Shown here one piece after another: positions 55,336-64,000 of a DNA stretch of 64,000 nucleotides. Positions within the stretch are counted from its first letter, which is position 1; every line of letters starts with the position of its first letter. The translations under genes were made by a program, and so were the position numbers. This DNA comes from an uncultured bacterium (GTDB taxonomy: Bacteria > Fidelibacterota > Marinisomatia > Marinisomatales > AB-629-J13). The notes beneath the pieces were generated by a model. The model was not told the DNA's origin and searched no databases. It was given only the letters and a program-made list of their open reading frames with translations. The DNA is taken from positions 16,845 to 80,844 of the forward strand of contig CAYSQB010000001.1 in NCBI GenBank assembly GCA_964433085.1, read 5' to 3'.

Positions 55336-56145
55336 ATGCAAATTTACTTTAGAACTCCCTTTTTTCTCATGAATCACAACTCTCATTTTTTATATTCAAT
55401 ATCCAATGAATCAAACCAATTCAATCGAAAAAAACTTAGCACAACAGGTAGGTGGGGTTTATTACTTGTATTTTTCACTTTTGGTTTTTCTCAATGGGCT
55501 GAAGTTGATGTCAGAGATTCATTTACGTCTACTGACATAAAAACATTTGTTGAAAGCACAACTTTTGGATTATCACCAAATCCTTCACTAAATTCCTTTT
55601 CTAAAAAGAGAGTTTATGTTGGAGTAGGACTATCAAACAATATATTCCTTAATCCCAGTATTTATCAAAATCAACTTTCTGGCTGGGTACCAAAATTCTC
55701 CGCAGATATTTTTATAACAAACAATCTTTACTTCATGGGCCGTCTCAGTCAGTTTTATTCTGGTAAAGATATTGTCCAATCTCACAATTATGGAATTGCA
55801 TTGGTATCTGGAGGATATTCAACCTACCCATGGCAAACCTCCGTTGTGTTTTGTAGCTTAAAGGGCCCCCAAGATTTTGCATTGAGAGACATTTCTTTAT
55901 CCATGGCAACACTAGTACAAGTAGCTGACCATCAGATTCAGGTTGGAGTGGGGAAAGAAATGTATTCTGCTAGGTTTTTTTTTGAAGATGCAAACATACT
56001 CTTCCCCAATGGAATGAAAGGTGAGATAAATTATATATTGCTGGGGATGCATTTAAATAGAAACTCAATCAGGATTACTCCTCAGATTCGATTTAACCCT
56101 GGATTGATAAAGGCATCTATTAGAATGGCTTGGGGGATAGGCTGA
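55336..56145 (+). CDS. hypothetical, possibly outer-membrane beta-barrel protein
   Basis: Hydrophobic signal-like segment GRWGLLLVFFTFGFSQWA at aa 39-56, then alternating beta-strand-like pattern. The start is uncertain. Confidence 0.5.
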   Translation: MQIYFRTPFFLMNHNSHFLYSISNESNQFNRKKLSTTGRWGLLLVFFTFGFSQWAEVDVRDSFTSTDIKTFVESTTFGLSPNPSLNSFSKKRVYVGVGLSNNIFLNPSIYQNQLSGWVPKFSADIFITNNLYFMGRLSQFYSGKDIVQSHNYGIALVSGGYSTYPWQTSVVFCSLKGPQDFALRDISLSMATLVQVADHQIQVGVGKEMYSARFFFEDANILFPNGMKGEINYILLGMHLNRNSIRITPQIRFNPGLIKASIRMAWGIG

Positions 56146-56149
56146 AAAT

Positions 56150-57298
56150 ATGAAGAGACTCTCCATTTTGGGCTCAACTGGATCAATTGGTGTTAGTACG
56201 TTAAATGTAGTACGAAACCTAGAAGAGAAAATTTTAATTAAATATCTTACGGCGCATTCAAATAGTGAATTGTTAATCAAACAGGCAATAGAATTTCGTC
56301 CTGAAACTGTCGTAATAGTGAATAAAGGGAAAGTCAATATAGTAAAAGAATCTGTAGAAAAATTTGGAATAGATGTTATGGTTGGGCGAGAGGGCCTTAT
56401 AGAATGTGCTAAAGATTCAGATGTGGATATTCTTTTGAATGGGTTGGTGGGTTCGGCCGGTATGGAGCCCACATTTCAGGCCGTAAAATCTGGAGTGGAT
56501 GTTGCATTGAGTAATAAAGAGAGTTTGGTAATGGCTGGTGAATTAATTAATCATGAAAAAGGAGTTTCTGGCTCAAAAATTATTCCGGTAGACAGTGAAC
56601 ATTCTGCTATTTGGCAGTGCCTAACAGGTGAATCTATAAACGATGTAAGCCGATTAATTCTTACGGGGAGTGGCGGACCATTCCGCAATAAAAATAAAAA
56701 TTATTTTGGTAAAATTACTCCTGAGGAAGCCCTAAATCATCCCAATTGGGATATGGGGAATAAAATCACAATAGATTCAGCTACAATGATGAACAAGGGA
56801 CTGGAAATTATTGAGGCCCATTGGCTTTTTGATATGGAACCAAATGAGATTGACATCGTAGTACATCCTCAATCTATCATTCACTCAATGGTTGAATTCA
56901 AAGATCGATCAGTAAAAGCACAATTGGGAATTCCGGATATGAAAATTCCTATCCAGTATGCATTGACCTATCCGAAGCATATTGATTCAGAGTGGGAATC
57001 CCTCGATCTTGCTTCCATAGGTTCTCTTACCTTTGAATATCCGGATTTTGACAAATTCCCCTGTATTAGGCTCGCGTATGATGCTTTAAAAACTGGTGGC
57101 TCAACCCCTGCCGTGTTAAATGTGGTAAATGAATATGCTGTGTATAAATTTTTAAATAATGAGATTAAATTTACGGATATTCCCAAAATAATTGAGAAAG
57201 CTTGCGAAAGTCACAATTGGATAGAACACCTTGATTTTGAGACCTTGCTTGAGTTAGAAACTTGGTCAATCGAATTTGTAAATTCATTCCAATCATGA
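56150..57298 (+). CDS. dxr: 1-deoxy-D-xylulose-5-phosphate reductoisomerase
   Basis: ILGSTGSIGVSTL, VDSEHSAI and MNKGLEIIEAHWLF. Confidence 0.95.
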   Translation: MKRLSILGSTGSIGVSTLNVVRNLEEKILIKYLTAHSNSELLIKQAIEFRPETVVIVNKGKVNIVKESVEKFGIDVMVGREGLIECAKDSDVDILLNGLVGSAGMEPTFQAVKSGVDVALSNKESLVMAGELINHEKGVSGSKIIPVDSEHSAIWQCLTGESINDVSRLILTGSGGPFRNKNKNYFGKITPEEALNHPNWDMGNKITIDSATMMNKGLEIIEAHWLFDMEPNEIDIVVHPQSIIHSMVEFKDRSVKAQLGIPDMKIPIQYALTYPKHIDSEWESLDLASIGSLTFEYPDFDKFPCIRLAYDALKTGGSTPAVLNVVNEYAVYKFLNNEIKFTDIPKIIEKACESHNWIEHLDFETLLELETWSIEFVNSFQS

Positions 57299-57316
57299 TT
57301 ATAATTAATAAATAAT

Positions 57317-58486
57317 ATGACGTCACTTTGGGCTTTCATATTTGTAATTGGGGTGTTAGTCTTTGTTCATGAATTAGGGCATTACCTTGCAGCACGCTCT
57401 GTCGGAATTAGAGTTGAAAGGTTTTCAGTTGGATTTCCACCAAGATTATTTACGTTTACTTCGGAAGATGAAGGTTGGTTAATTCAAATGTATTTTTTTT
57501 CTCGATCATCGGTAGGGAAGTGGGAGTGGCAGTCTGTTTGGGAGAAAAAAGTATCGGTATCAGGAAAAGCAGGGACCGGTACTGAATATTGTTTAGCATT
57601 AATTCCGTTAGGTGGCTATGTAAAAATGGCTGGGATAATCGATGAAAGCATGGATACAAGCATTACCAGTGCACCTGATGAATTTATGAGTAAATCTATT
57701 TTGTCACAGATATTTGTCATGAGCGCAGGTGTGATTATGAATATTCTTTTTGCATTTTTTGTTTATACAGGTCTCTCATATCATTTTGGAAAACCGGTTG
57801 AAAATCCTCCTGCAATTGTCTCTCAACTTGTGGATGAAATGCCTGCAAAAGAGGCAGGAATGCTTCCTGGTGATAAAATAATTTCTATCAATGGGGAACC
57901 GGTTGATAATTGGAATGACATGGCGCTGAAGATACAAAGTATTCCTGTAAAAAAGATTACATTAGAGATTGACCGTGATGGGATACACCTCACAAAACAA
58001 TTCACAACTTCATTCAGATTAGACAGAGCAGGTGTGGACACAGTGGGATCAATTGGGATTTACCCAAAGATGTATTATGTTGATGTTAATCTTTTACAGG
58101 CCGGAGTATTAGGATTCAATGTAACAGTGGAAGGTTTTCGTATAATTGTTTTGTCAATTAAAATGTTGATTACCGGTGAAGCTTCTTTGAAGGAATTAGG
58201 GGGTCCTATAATGATTGCCCAATTAGCAGGAAAAACGGCAGAAGCTGGAATCCCTACACTACTGTCATTCATGGCACTTATTAGTATTAATCTAGCATTT
58301 TTGAATATTCTTCCTGTTCCCGGACTAGATGGGGGGCATATTTTTTTATCAATTATTCAGGTCATAATCCGCAGGCCGTTAAGTGTCAAAACGCGAATGA
58401 TTTTTCAGCAGATTGGGATGGCATTCCTTTTACTGCTCATGGTTATCGTTTTTTATAATGATATTGGTAGACTGTTCATAAACTGA
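57317..58486 (+). CDS. rseP: RIP metalloprotease RseP (M50 site-2 protease)
   Basis: HELGHY, a PDZ domain and NILPVPGLDGGH. Confidence 0.9.
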   Translation: MTSLWAFIFVIGVLVFVHELGHYLAARSVGIRVERFSVGFPPRLFTFTSEDEGWLIQMYFFSRSSVGKWEWQSVWEKKVSVSGKAGTGTEYCLALIPLGGYVKMAGIIDESMDTSITSAPDEFMSKSILSQIFVMSAGVIMNILFAFFVYTGLSYHFGKPVENPPAIVSQLVDEMPAKEAGMLPGDKIISINGEPVDNWNDMALKIQSIPVKKITLEIDRDGIHLTKQFTTSFRLDRAGVDTVGSIGIYPKMYYVDVNLLQAGVLGFNVTVEGFRIIVLSIKMLITGEASLKELGGPIMIAQLAGKTAEAGIPTLLSFMALISINLAFLNILPVPGLDGGHIFLSIIQVIIRRPLSVKTRMIFQQIGMAFLLLLMVIVFYNDIGRLFIN

Positions 58487-59207
58487 ACGACTTTAGTTTT
58501 AACTTCATTGTTCCATATTTTAGTTTTACCAAGATTTGTACTGGAATCCTTCGGGCATCATCGCTGAACCAAATAGTCATATCCCCTTCATTTTTCAGGA
58601 GGGTTTTTCCATTTTTGAATGGATTGATAACCAGACATTTAAATTTCCCAGCAGGACCAGACAGCGATTCCTTTTTGTCCACCTGTAGTTGAAATTCTGT
58701 GAATGATCCGTTATCAAAAGTGACCATATTTAGGGTCTCTCCAAGGATAAGGGGAATGGTTCTTAAATAATAAAATAGGGAATAGGGGTCAAACACTGTA
58801 TCGGATATAGGTATGGTGTCATTATTTACAATCGCAAAAGAATCAGCATAAAAAAGTTTTGTGCTAGATTTTTTTCTATAGTCTCCTTGTCTTATTGTCT
58901 TTATTTGGCGGTGAATAAATAGACCTTTTTCATCAATCCAGGAATCCACCTTGTCCCTGATCTTAAATAACCTATCACCAAGGGAACCGGTACGCGCAGA
59001 ATATTGAATATGAAATGAAGGGATATTGTCAACTGTATCCAGTGAAACAATTTTTAGTTTAGCTGTCCCCGCTGGAATAAAATTAAATTTAGCTGTATAA
59101 TTAAAGGTTTCTCCAACCCTAAAAGGGAAACTGTTCCCATGAACCTTTAGGGAAAAACAAATTAATATTACGATGATTAATAGTTCTGATTTATTTCCCC
59201 ATTTCAT
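58476..59207 (-). CDS. DUF3108-like secreted protein
   Basis: Signal peptide plus FRVGETFNYTAKFNFIPAGTAKLKI, a pattern I associate with DUF3108. Overlaps rseP convergently by 11 nt. Confidence 0.6.
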   Translation of the reverse strand: MKWGNKSELLIIVILICFSLKVHGNSFPFRVGETFNYTAKFNFIPAGTAKLKIVSLDTVDNIPSFHIQYSARTGSLGDRLFKIRDKVDSWIDEKGLFIHRQIKTIRQGDYRKKSSTKLFYADSFAIVNNDTIPISDTVFDPYSLFYYLRTIPLILGETLNMVTFDNGSFTEFQLQVDKKESLSGPAGKFKCLVINPFKNGKTLLKNEGDMTIWFSDDARRIPVQILVKLKYGTMKLKLKSFSL

Positions 59208-59812
59208 CTAAATCTCCTCAATTTTTTATCAATAAGTTTATAAATAGTTGATCCATGTGAAGGAGGAAGAGGGCCTTCATCTACCATCAAATCAATTTTA
59301 TCTTCAAATTGTTTCATGATATCATCAGGATCATTTAATGGTGGGTGTCCGGTATGATTGACGCTGGTAGTTGTGATAGGGTGATTTAGCCTATGAACAA
59401 GATTTTTCCCAAAATAATGACCCGGCATTCGGATTCCTATCGAATGGTTTGGTCCAAAAATTTCAGGGCACAGGACTCTCTTTTTACCAGGAACAATGAT
59501 AGTGTTTGTCCCACCAAGATTTTTCGATAGAATATTTTTTTCTTCTTCAGATAAGTTGGAGATTTCAAATGCCATGGTAATATTGCTGACTAAAACACTT
59601 ATTGGGCCACGGCGTTTTTTGATATTATAAATTTTATTGATGACGGTGCTATTGGTGGCATCTCCACCAAATCCATATAAAGTGTCCGTAGGATACACGA
59701 TTATTCCACCAGATTTTATGGTTTTTTCAGCTAAGGAATTGACATTCGTAGATTGTGAGGAAATTCGCTGACTCATTTTCCTGGTGGAGGAGTTTTCCAT
59801 CGGTTGTGCCAC
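59204..59812 (-). CDS. tsaC: L-threonylcarbamoyladenylate synthase (TsaC/YrdC)
   Basis: GGIIVYPTDTLYGFGGDA and SVN.TG motifs. The true start is probably the ATG at 59776 (MSQRISS...), immediately after the upstream stop. Confidence 0.85.
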   Translation of the reverse strand: MAQPMENSSTRKMSQRISSQSTNVNSLAEKTIKSGGIIVYPTDTLYGFGGDATNSTVINKIYNIKKRRGPISVLVSNITMAFEISNLSEEEKNILSKNLGGTNTIIVPGKKRVLCPEIFGPNHSIGIRMPGHYFGKNLVHRLNHPITTTSVNHTGHPPLNDPDDIMKQFEDKIDLMVDEGPLPPSHGSTIYKLIDKKLRRFR

Positions 59813-60636
59813 CAGAAATATTGTTCGGGATGGATGCGAATCTCATTTTCTAGTAGTTGGGTATATGCTTGGGTGAATGTCTCAGTATCTGACCAAGATT
59901 CTTTGGGGATATCCTTAAGTTTAATAAAAAATTGATTATGTCCTTCTTTACTGCACACACCAAATATAGGGATGGAGCCTTTATGTTGATAAAATCGTGC
60001 TGCTCCTTTTGGGGTTGAAGAAAGGATATTAAAAAAATGTACAAACGCTCCTCTGTTTTTAGCATCCTGGTCGCTTATTAATCCCAAAATACCACCATCA
60101 TCCAAGACCTTGTTCATTTTTTCTAAAGAATCTTTTCTGAAAATGTGTTTAATCCCACTCCATTCTCTCTTTTTTCTAAAAAACTGATGGGCCCCTTTAT
60201 TTTTTTGTTTTTGCGCAACCCCCGTAAGAGGATAATTTTGTTTTCCAAGCCAGGCAATGTTACATTCCCAAAATCCAAAATGCCCTGTTATGTATAGCAC
60301 CCCTTTTTTTTGTTTTAATGCATCATCAATTAAATTTTTATTTTTTACCTGAATATTTGTTTGACCATAGGATTCTGGGAATCCAAAAAAAAGCAGAAAC
60401 TGTTCCATGAAAAAAGAATAGGATTTTTTAAGAATTCGAGTTTTCCATTGATCAGATTTATTGGGAAAAGCTTTATCAATATTTTTTAATGCCAGATATT
60501 TTCTTGTTGGAATATTCCGGTAGACAAATCCCCCAATTTTTTGTGCCAAAACTACCCTTCTATGTGCGTTTAATCTACATGCGAAACGGGAAAGGCAATC
60601 AAGAAAAAAAATCAATATACGTTCATTTAGTTTCAT
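59773..60636 (-). CDS. lipid A biosynthesis (LpxL/HtrB-type) lysophospholipid acyltransferase
   Basis: ITGHFGFWE (HX4E) and PEQYFWWHNRWK. Confidence 0.8.
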   Translation of the reverse strand: MKLNERILIFFLDCLSRFACRLNAHRRVVLAQKIGGFVYRNIPTRKYLALKNIDKAFPNKSDQWKTRILKKSYSFFMEQFLLFFGFPESYGQTNIQVKNKNLIDDALKQKKGVLYITGHFGFWECNIAWLGKQNYPLTGVAQKQKNKGAHQFFRKKREWSGIKHIFRKDSLEKMNKVLDDGGILGLISDQDAKNRGAFVHFFNILSSTPKGAARFYQHKGSIPIFGVCSKEGHNQFFIKLKDIPKESWSDTETFTQAYTQLLENEIRIHPEQYFWWHNRWKTPPPGK

Positions 60637-60706
60637 TGTGGTGTCGTAAATTATTAGAATCTAAGTTAAATTCCTTCATTGTAATATTTCTTTTAAGAAC
60701 AACTTT

Positions 60707-62071
60707 ATGTACATCAAATTTGTAAAATATTTTCTTTCAATTTTCACAATGGTATCAGTTTCTATTGCCAAAGTAGTATATGTTGTTCCTATTCAGGGGA
60801 CGATTGACCTAGGCCTGCCACCGTTTATTGAACGAGTAATTTCTACTGCAGAAAATAATAATGCGGACGGTGTTATTTTTGATATAGACACATTTGGTGG
60901 TCGTGTAGATGCTGCCACTCAAATAAAAGATGCTCTTTTAGGTGCAAATTTAATGACGGTTGCATTTGTTAACCGTCGTGCAATTTCTGCTGGAGCATTG
61001 ATATCTCTTTCCTGTGAAAAAATATTTATGACCGGAGGTGGCACAATTGGAGCAGCAACAGCGGTGGATATGTCTGGGAAAAAAGGTTCTGAGAAAGTTA
61101 TAAGTTATATGAGAGAAGAGATGGCATCTACTGCTGAAAAAAGAGAAAGAAATGTAGACATTGCTAAAGGAATGGTAGATGAAGACCTATCTTTTACCCA
61201 TTTAGTTGTGGAGGGTGATTCCATTCCTGTTGATGATCTGGAAGGCAGGAAAGAAGGGAAACTCATTACCCTCACTACAGAACAGGCTATTAAATATAAT
61301 ATGGCAGATGGTGAAGTTGAGACACTGGAAGAAGTATTAAAAACACTTGATTTAGAAGATGCGGAAATAAGAAATGCATCTATAAATTGGTCCGAAAATA
61401 TTGTACGTTTTTTAACTGATCCTGTGGTAGCCTCATTACTCATGACATTTGGTTTTTTGGGGATTCTTTTTGAGCTTCAAAGCCCGGGATGGGGAATCCC
61501 CGGCACCTTTGGTGCCATTTGCCTCGTACTATCATTGGGGGCATCCGCCATTGCGGAGCTTGCAACAATGACTGATTTACTGATTATTATTGTAGGTTTG
61601 ACCTTACTGTTTATTGAAGGATTTTTTATTCCTGGCTTTGGGATTGCGGGCATTTCAGGAATTGTGGTTTTGTTATGGGGACTTTATGAACTGTTAATTC
61701 CAGATATACCGGTTTCTCATGATATCTATTCTCGTGCATTGGATGGCCTCACCATTGGTATTTTGGGAGGAATAATTGGTCTGGTTTTACTTTTTAGGTT
61801 AATGATCAAAACCAAGTTTTGGACGAAGCTCACCTCTCCCGGAGTGGAAAGCAAAAAGGCCGGATATACAATTTCCATGGGTCTAGAAGATTGTGTGGGA
61901 AAATCGGGAGAAACTGTTACAGACCTGCGTCCTTCAGGATGGATAAATGTAGAAAATCAAAAAATATTTGTAGTGACAGAAGGAGAATTTGTAGAAAAGG
62001 ATCAACCGGTAAGAATTTTATCTGTTGACGGAAATCGGGTGGTTGTCAGAATTAAATTAAATGTAAAATAG
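60707..62071 (+). CDS. nfeD: NfeD family membrane protease (ClpP-class domain + TM + OB domain)
   Basis: FDIDTFGGRVDAA...AISAGALISL, central TM helices and a C-terminal NfeD OB fold. Confidence 0.85.
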   Translation: MYIKFVKYFLSIFTMVSVSIAKVVYVVPIQGTIDLGLPPFIERVISTAENNNADGVIFDIDTFGGRVDAATQIKDALLGANLMTVAFVNRRAISAGALISLSCEKIFMTGGGTIGAATAVDMSGKKGSEKVISYMREEMASTAEKRERNVDIAKGMVDEDLSFTHLVVEGDSIPVDDLEGRKEGKLITLTTEQAIKYNMADGEVETLEEVLKTLDLEDAEIRNASINWSENIVRFLTDPVVASLLMTFGFLGILFELQSPGWGIPGTFGAICLVLSLGASAIAELATMTDLLIIIVGLTLLFIEGFFIPGFGIAGISGIVVLLWGLYELLIPDIPVSHDIYSRALDGLTIGILGGIIGLVLLFRLMIKTKFWTKLTSPGVESKKAGYTISMGLEDCVGKSGETVTDLRPSGWINVENQKIFVVTEGEFVEKDQPVRILSVDGNRVVVRIKLNVK

Positions 62072-62080
62072 GAGTTTGTC

Positions 62081-63091
62081 ATGGTTTCATATGTAATGCT
62101 TGTTTCGATAGTTTTATTTGTTTTCATAATTTTTTATTTTGTTCCTTTAGGGCTTTGGGTTCAGTCTGTTGTCAGTCTTGGTTTAGGTCGTATTACTATC
62201 ATTGATCTTATCCGTATGCGGTTACGAAAAATACCTCCCCGTCTTGTTGTCGATGGAATTATCAATCTTCACAAAGCTGGATTGGAACATATTTCTACCA
62301 GCATGCTGGAGACACATTATCTTGCGGGAGGAAACGTTGCAAATGTAACATTTTCAATGATTGCAGCGAATAAGGCAAACATCCCACTGGAATTTGAAGC
62401 CTCCACAGCTATTGACCTAGCAGGTCGTGATATCAAAACCGCTGTTGAAACATCTGTATATCCAAAAGTGATTGATGCCCCCGCTTCTGGTACACTGGCA
62501 GCAGTTGCTAAAGATGGTATTGAAGTTAAAGCTCGCGCACGTGTTACAGTGCGAACCAATATCCCCGGTCTTGTTGGAGGTGCCACTGATGAAACGATTA
62601 TTGCCAGAGTCGGAGAGGGGATTGTTAGTGCAATTGGGTCGTCTGACTCATATAAAAATGTACTTGAAAATCCAGATTCGATATCAAAGTTTGTGCTGGG
62701 GAAAGGGCTGGATGCAGGGACTGCTTTTGAAATATTAAGTATTGATATTGCAGATGTGGATTTGGGGAAAAATATAGGCGCACATTTACAGGCAGATCAG
62801 GCAGAGGCAGACCTTCGTGTGGCTCAGGCACGGGCAGAGACTCGTCGAGCTATGGCAGTTGCAGAGGAACAAGAAATGAAAGCAAGAACACAGGAAATGC
62901 GTGCCAAGGTGGTTTCATCTGAAGCTGAAGTACCATTAGCAATGTCGCAGGCTTTTCGCGAAGGGAAGTTGGGGGTTTTTGATTATGTGAATATGCGTAA
63001 CATTCAATCTGATACAGATATGCGGGAGTCAATATCGGGTAATAAAGATATAAAATCCACAGAAGCCCCAGAGTCGAGGGATGACGATTAG
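62081..63091 (+). CDS. floA: flotillin-like protein FloA (SPFH domain, UPF0365)
   Basis: Near-continuous similarity to my recollection of B. subtilis FloA: [59 protein letters not shown] and QADQAEAD. Confidence 0.92.
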   Translation: MVSYVMLVSIVLFVFIIFYFVPLGLWVQSVVSLGLGRITIIDLIRMRLRKIPPRLVVDGIINLHKAGLEHISTSMLETHYLAGGNVANVTFSMIAANKANIPLEFEASTAIDLAGRDIKTAVETSVYPKVIDAPASGTLAAVAKDGIEVKARARVTVRTNIPGLVGGATDETIIARVGEGIVSAIGSSDSYKNVLENPDSISKFVLGKGLDAGTAFEILSIDIADVDLGKNIGAHLQADQAEADLRVAQARAETRRAMAVAEEQEMKARTQEMRAKVVSSEAEVPLAMSQAFREGKLGVFDYVNMRNIQSDTDMRESISGNKDIKSTEAPESRDDD

Positions 63092-63592
63092 ATGGATGGT
63101 ATTGGATATTGGTTAATAATTGCAGCGTTTTACCTGCTGTCATCGTTGATGAAACAACGAAAACAGAAGGCTGCTCGTCAAGCGTTGGAACAGGAAGACG
63201 TGATTTCAGATTCTGAAAAAGATACCCCCCCTACTCAACCAGAATTTTTACAGAATCTGTTTGGTGATTTTTGGAATGTGGTTGAAGAAATTGGAAAAGA
63301 AGAGAATAAAACTGAGGATGATTTTCCTGTTATTGAATCAGATGAACAAATGGCATCTGAAACGGAACCAATTAATATTGAGCCAGATTCCGACAAACAT
63401 GAGAAATCTGATTTTACACATCTTCCAGAAAAAACTCGAAAATTAACTAGCACGGGACCGCGATATTGGCAGAAAAAAACTACAATAATTCAAAACCATT
63501 TTAGTACAGTGTTAAAAAATGATTTCAAAACTGCTTTTGTACTTAAAGAAATTTTGGATAAACCGAGGGCAATGAAAAGAACAATTCGTTAG
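63092..63592 (+). CDS. hypothetical single-TM acidic protein (yqfB-position gene)
   Basis: N-terminal TM, D/E-rich linker and basic C-terminus. Its ATG directly abuts the floA stop. Confidence 0.5.
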   Translation: MDGIGYWLIIAAFYLLSSLMKQRKQKAARQALEQEDVISDSEKDTPPTQPEFLQNLFGDFWNVVEEIGKEENKTEDDFPVIESDEQMASETEPINIEPDSDKHEKSDFTHLPEKTRKLTSTGPRYWQKKTTIIQNHFSTVLKNDFKTAFVLKEILDKPRAMKRTIR

Positions 63593-64000
63593 ACCAGTCG
63601 GTCAAATATCTTTTTTACCTGTGATTTAAGATCTTTTTCTGTTGTATCATTGTGGATAACGAAATCTGCCATTCGTACTTTTGTTTCGCAAGGCCACTGC
63701 AAATCAATTCGTCTTAAAATATCTTCCCTAGGGATATTTCCTTTTTTAAAGGCTCTTTCCATACGAATAGAGAGCTTCGCTGTTACAACAATAATGTAGT
63801 CTAGGTGGCTATCTAGTCCGGATTCATAAATTAATGCACCGTCCACCATGAAAAAAGATGCTTTACTTTTGGTAGATATCTTTTGGTAATCCTCATCTAT
63901 TTTTTCAAATATATGAGGATGAATTATAGAGTTCAAAGTGCTTTGATGGTATTCATCCTGAAAACTCACATTAGCCAATTTTCCTCGGTTTATTTTCCCG
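63589..64000 (-). CDS. coaE: dephospho-CoA kinase (5' end off window)
   Basis: LNSIIHPHI and VDGALIYESGL motifs. The frame continues open past the ORF-track TTG to the window edge (...RENKPRKIG-ANVSF). Confidence 0.85.
   Translation of the reverse strand, partial: GKINRGKLANVSFQDEYHQSTLNSIIHPHIFEKIDEDYQKISTKSKASFFMVDGALIYESGLDSHLDYIIVVTAKLSIRMERAFKKGNIPREDILRRIDLQWPCETKVRMADFVIHNDTTEKDLKSQVKKIFDRLV

Noticed and set aside
56065-56472. A 135-aa minus-strand ORF spanning the hypothetical/dxr junction.
   Set aside because: It is antisense to the highly conserved Dxr N-terminus (ILGSTGSIG) and has no recognisable motif. It is a shadow ORF.
59773-59812. A 40-nt overlap between the lpxL-like gene and tsaC, considered as an unusual overlap.
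   Set aside because: It is most likely an artefact of choosing the longest ORF. An in-frame ATG at 59776 (MSQRISS...) starts tsaC immediately after the upstream stop.
1-64000. A scan for tRNA/rRNA/tmRNA-like sequences, CRISPR repeat arrays, transposase, integrase or recombinase genes, toxin-antitoxin pairs and known defence-system hallmarks.
   Set aside because: Nothing was found. Non-coding space is under about 5% of the window, and no spacer shows cloverleaf-like GTTCGAATC-type motifs or regularly spaced direct repeats. All large ORFs have housekeeping, envelope or transport assignments or are listed as hypothetical. This was a scan by eye and is not exhaustive.

Overview
AT-rich, very gene-dense chromosomal segment of a diderm bacterium. 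Hand-counted 60-nt lines give about 25-38% GC. I count about 56 CDS with many start/stop overlaps, and three convergent gene pairs overlap at their 3' ends. Gene content suggests an FCB-group-like, streamlined lineage: a short RpoD-type sigma, a DUF4159/DUF4175-type envelope operon, a PNGase-F-like protein and an lpx/bamA cluster. That placement is inference only.

Most of the window is housekeeping: ybeY-mazG, envC-like-holB-metG, tatD, rsmA, rpoD-rpsU, rlmD, valS, recG, cca, ferredoxin-mrp, uppS-bamA-skp-lpxD-lpxC-fabZ-lpxA-(hyp)-dxr-rseP, lpxL-like-tsaC, nfeD-floA and coaE. Accessory blocks are:
- a Bat-like envelope operon (1.7-9.8 kb)
- a stand-alone cNMP-binding protein coupled to an AI-2E permease
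- a GC-rich YHYH-domain gene cassette (15.5-17.5 kb)
- a three-gene operon of a PNGase-F-like protein, a protein resembling phage thymidine-hypermodification enzymes, and a membrane hydroxylase (17.5-21.4 kb)
- a deoxyribose-phosphate operon with a domain-deleted ALDH paralog
- a MacAB-TolC-type efflux operon

I saw no rRNA, tRNA, CRISPR array, transposase, integrase or recognisable defence system.

The best-supported unusual observation is that lpxA, uppS and an MFS transporter have conserved N-terminal segments upstream of any ATG/GTG/TTG. This implies ATT/ATA/ATC initiation; for lpxA the ATT is preceded by a Shine-Dalgarno-like motif. The YHYH gene may be a fourth case. Other leads are an Mrp/ApbC homolog lacking the CXXC Fe-S ligands, a G10 tract inside the ALDH gene, and the cellular copy of a hypermodification-like enzyme.

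All family assignments come from motif recognition by eye and need HMM or BLAST confirmation.
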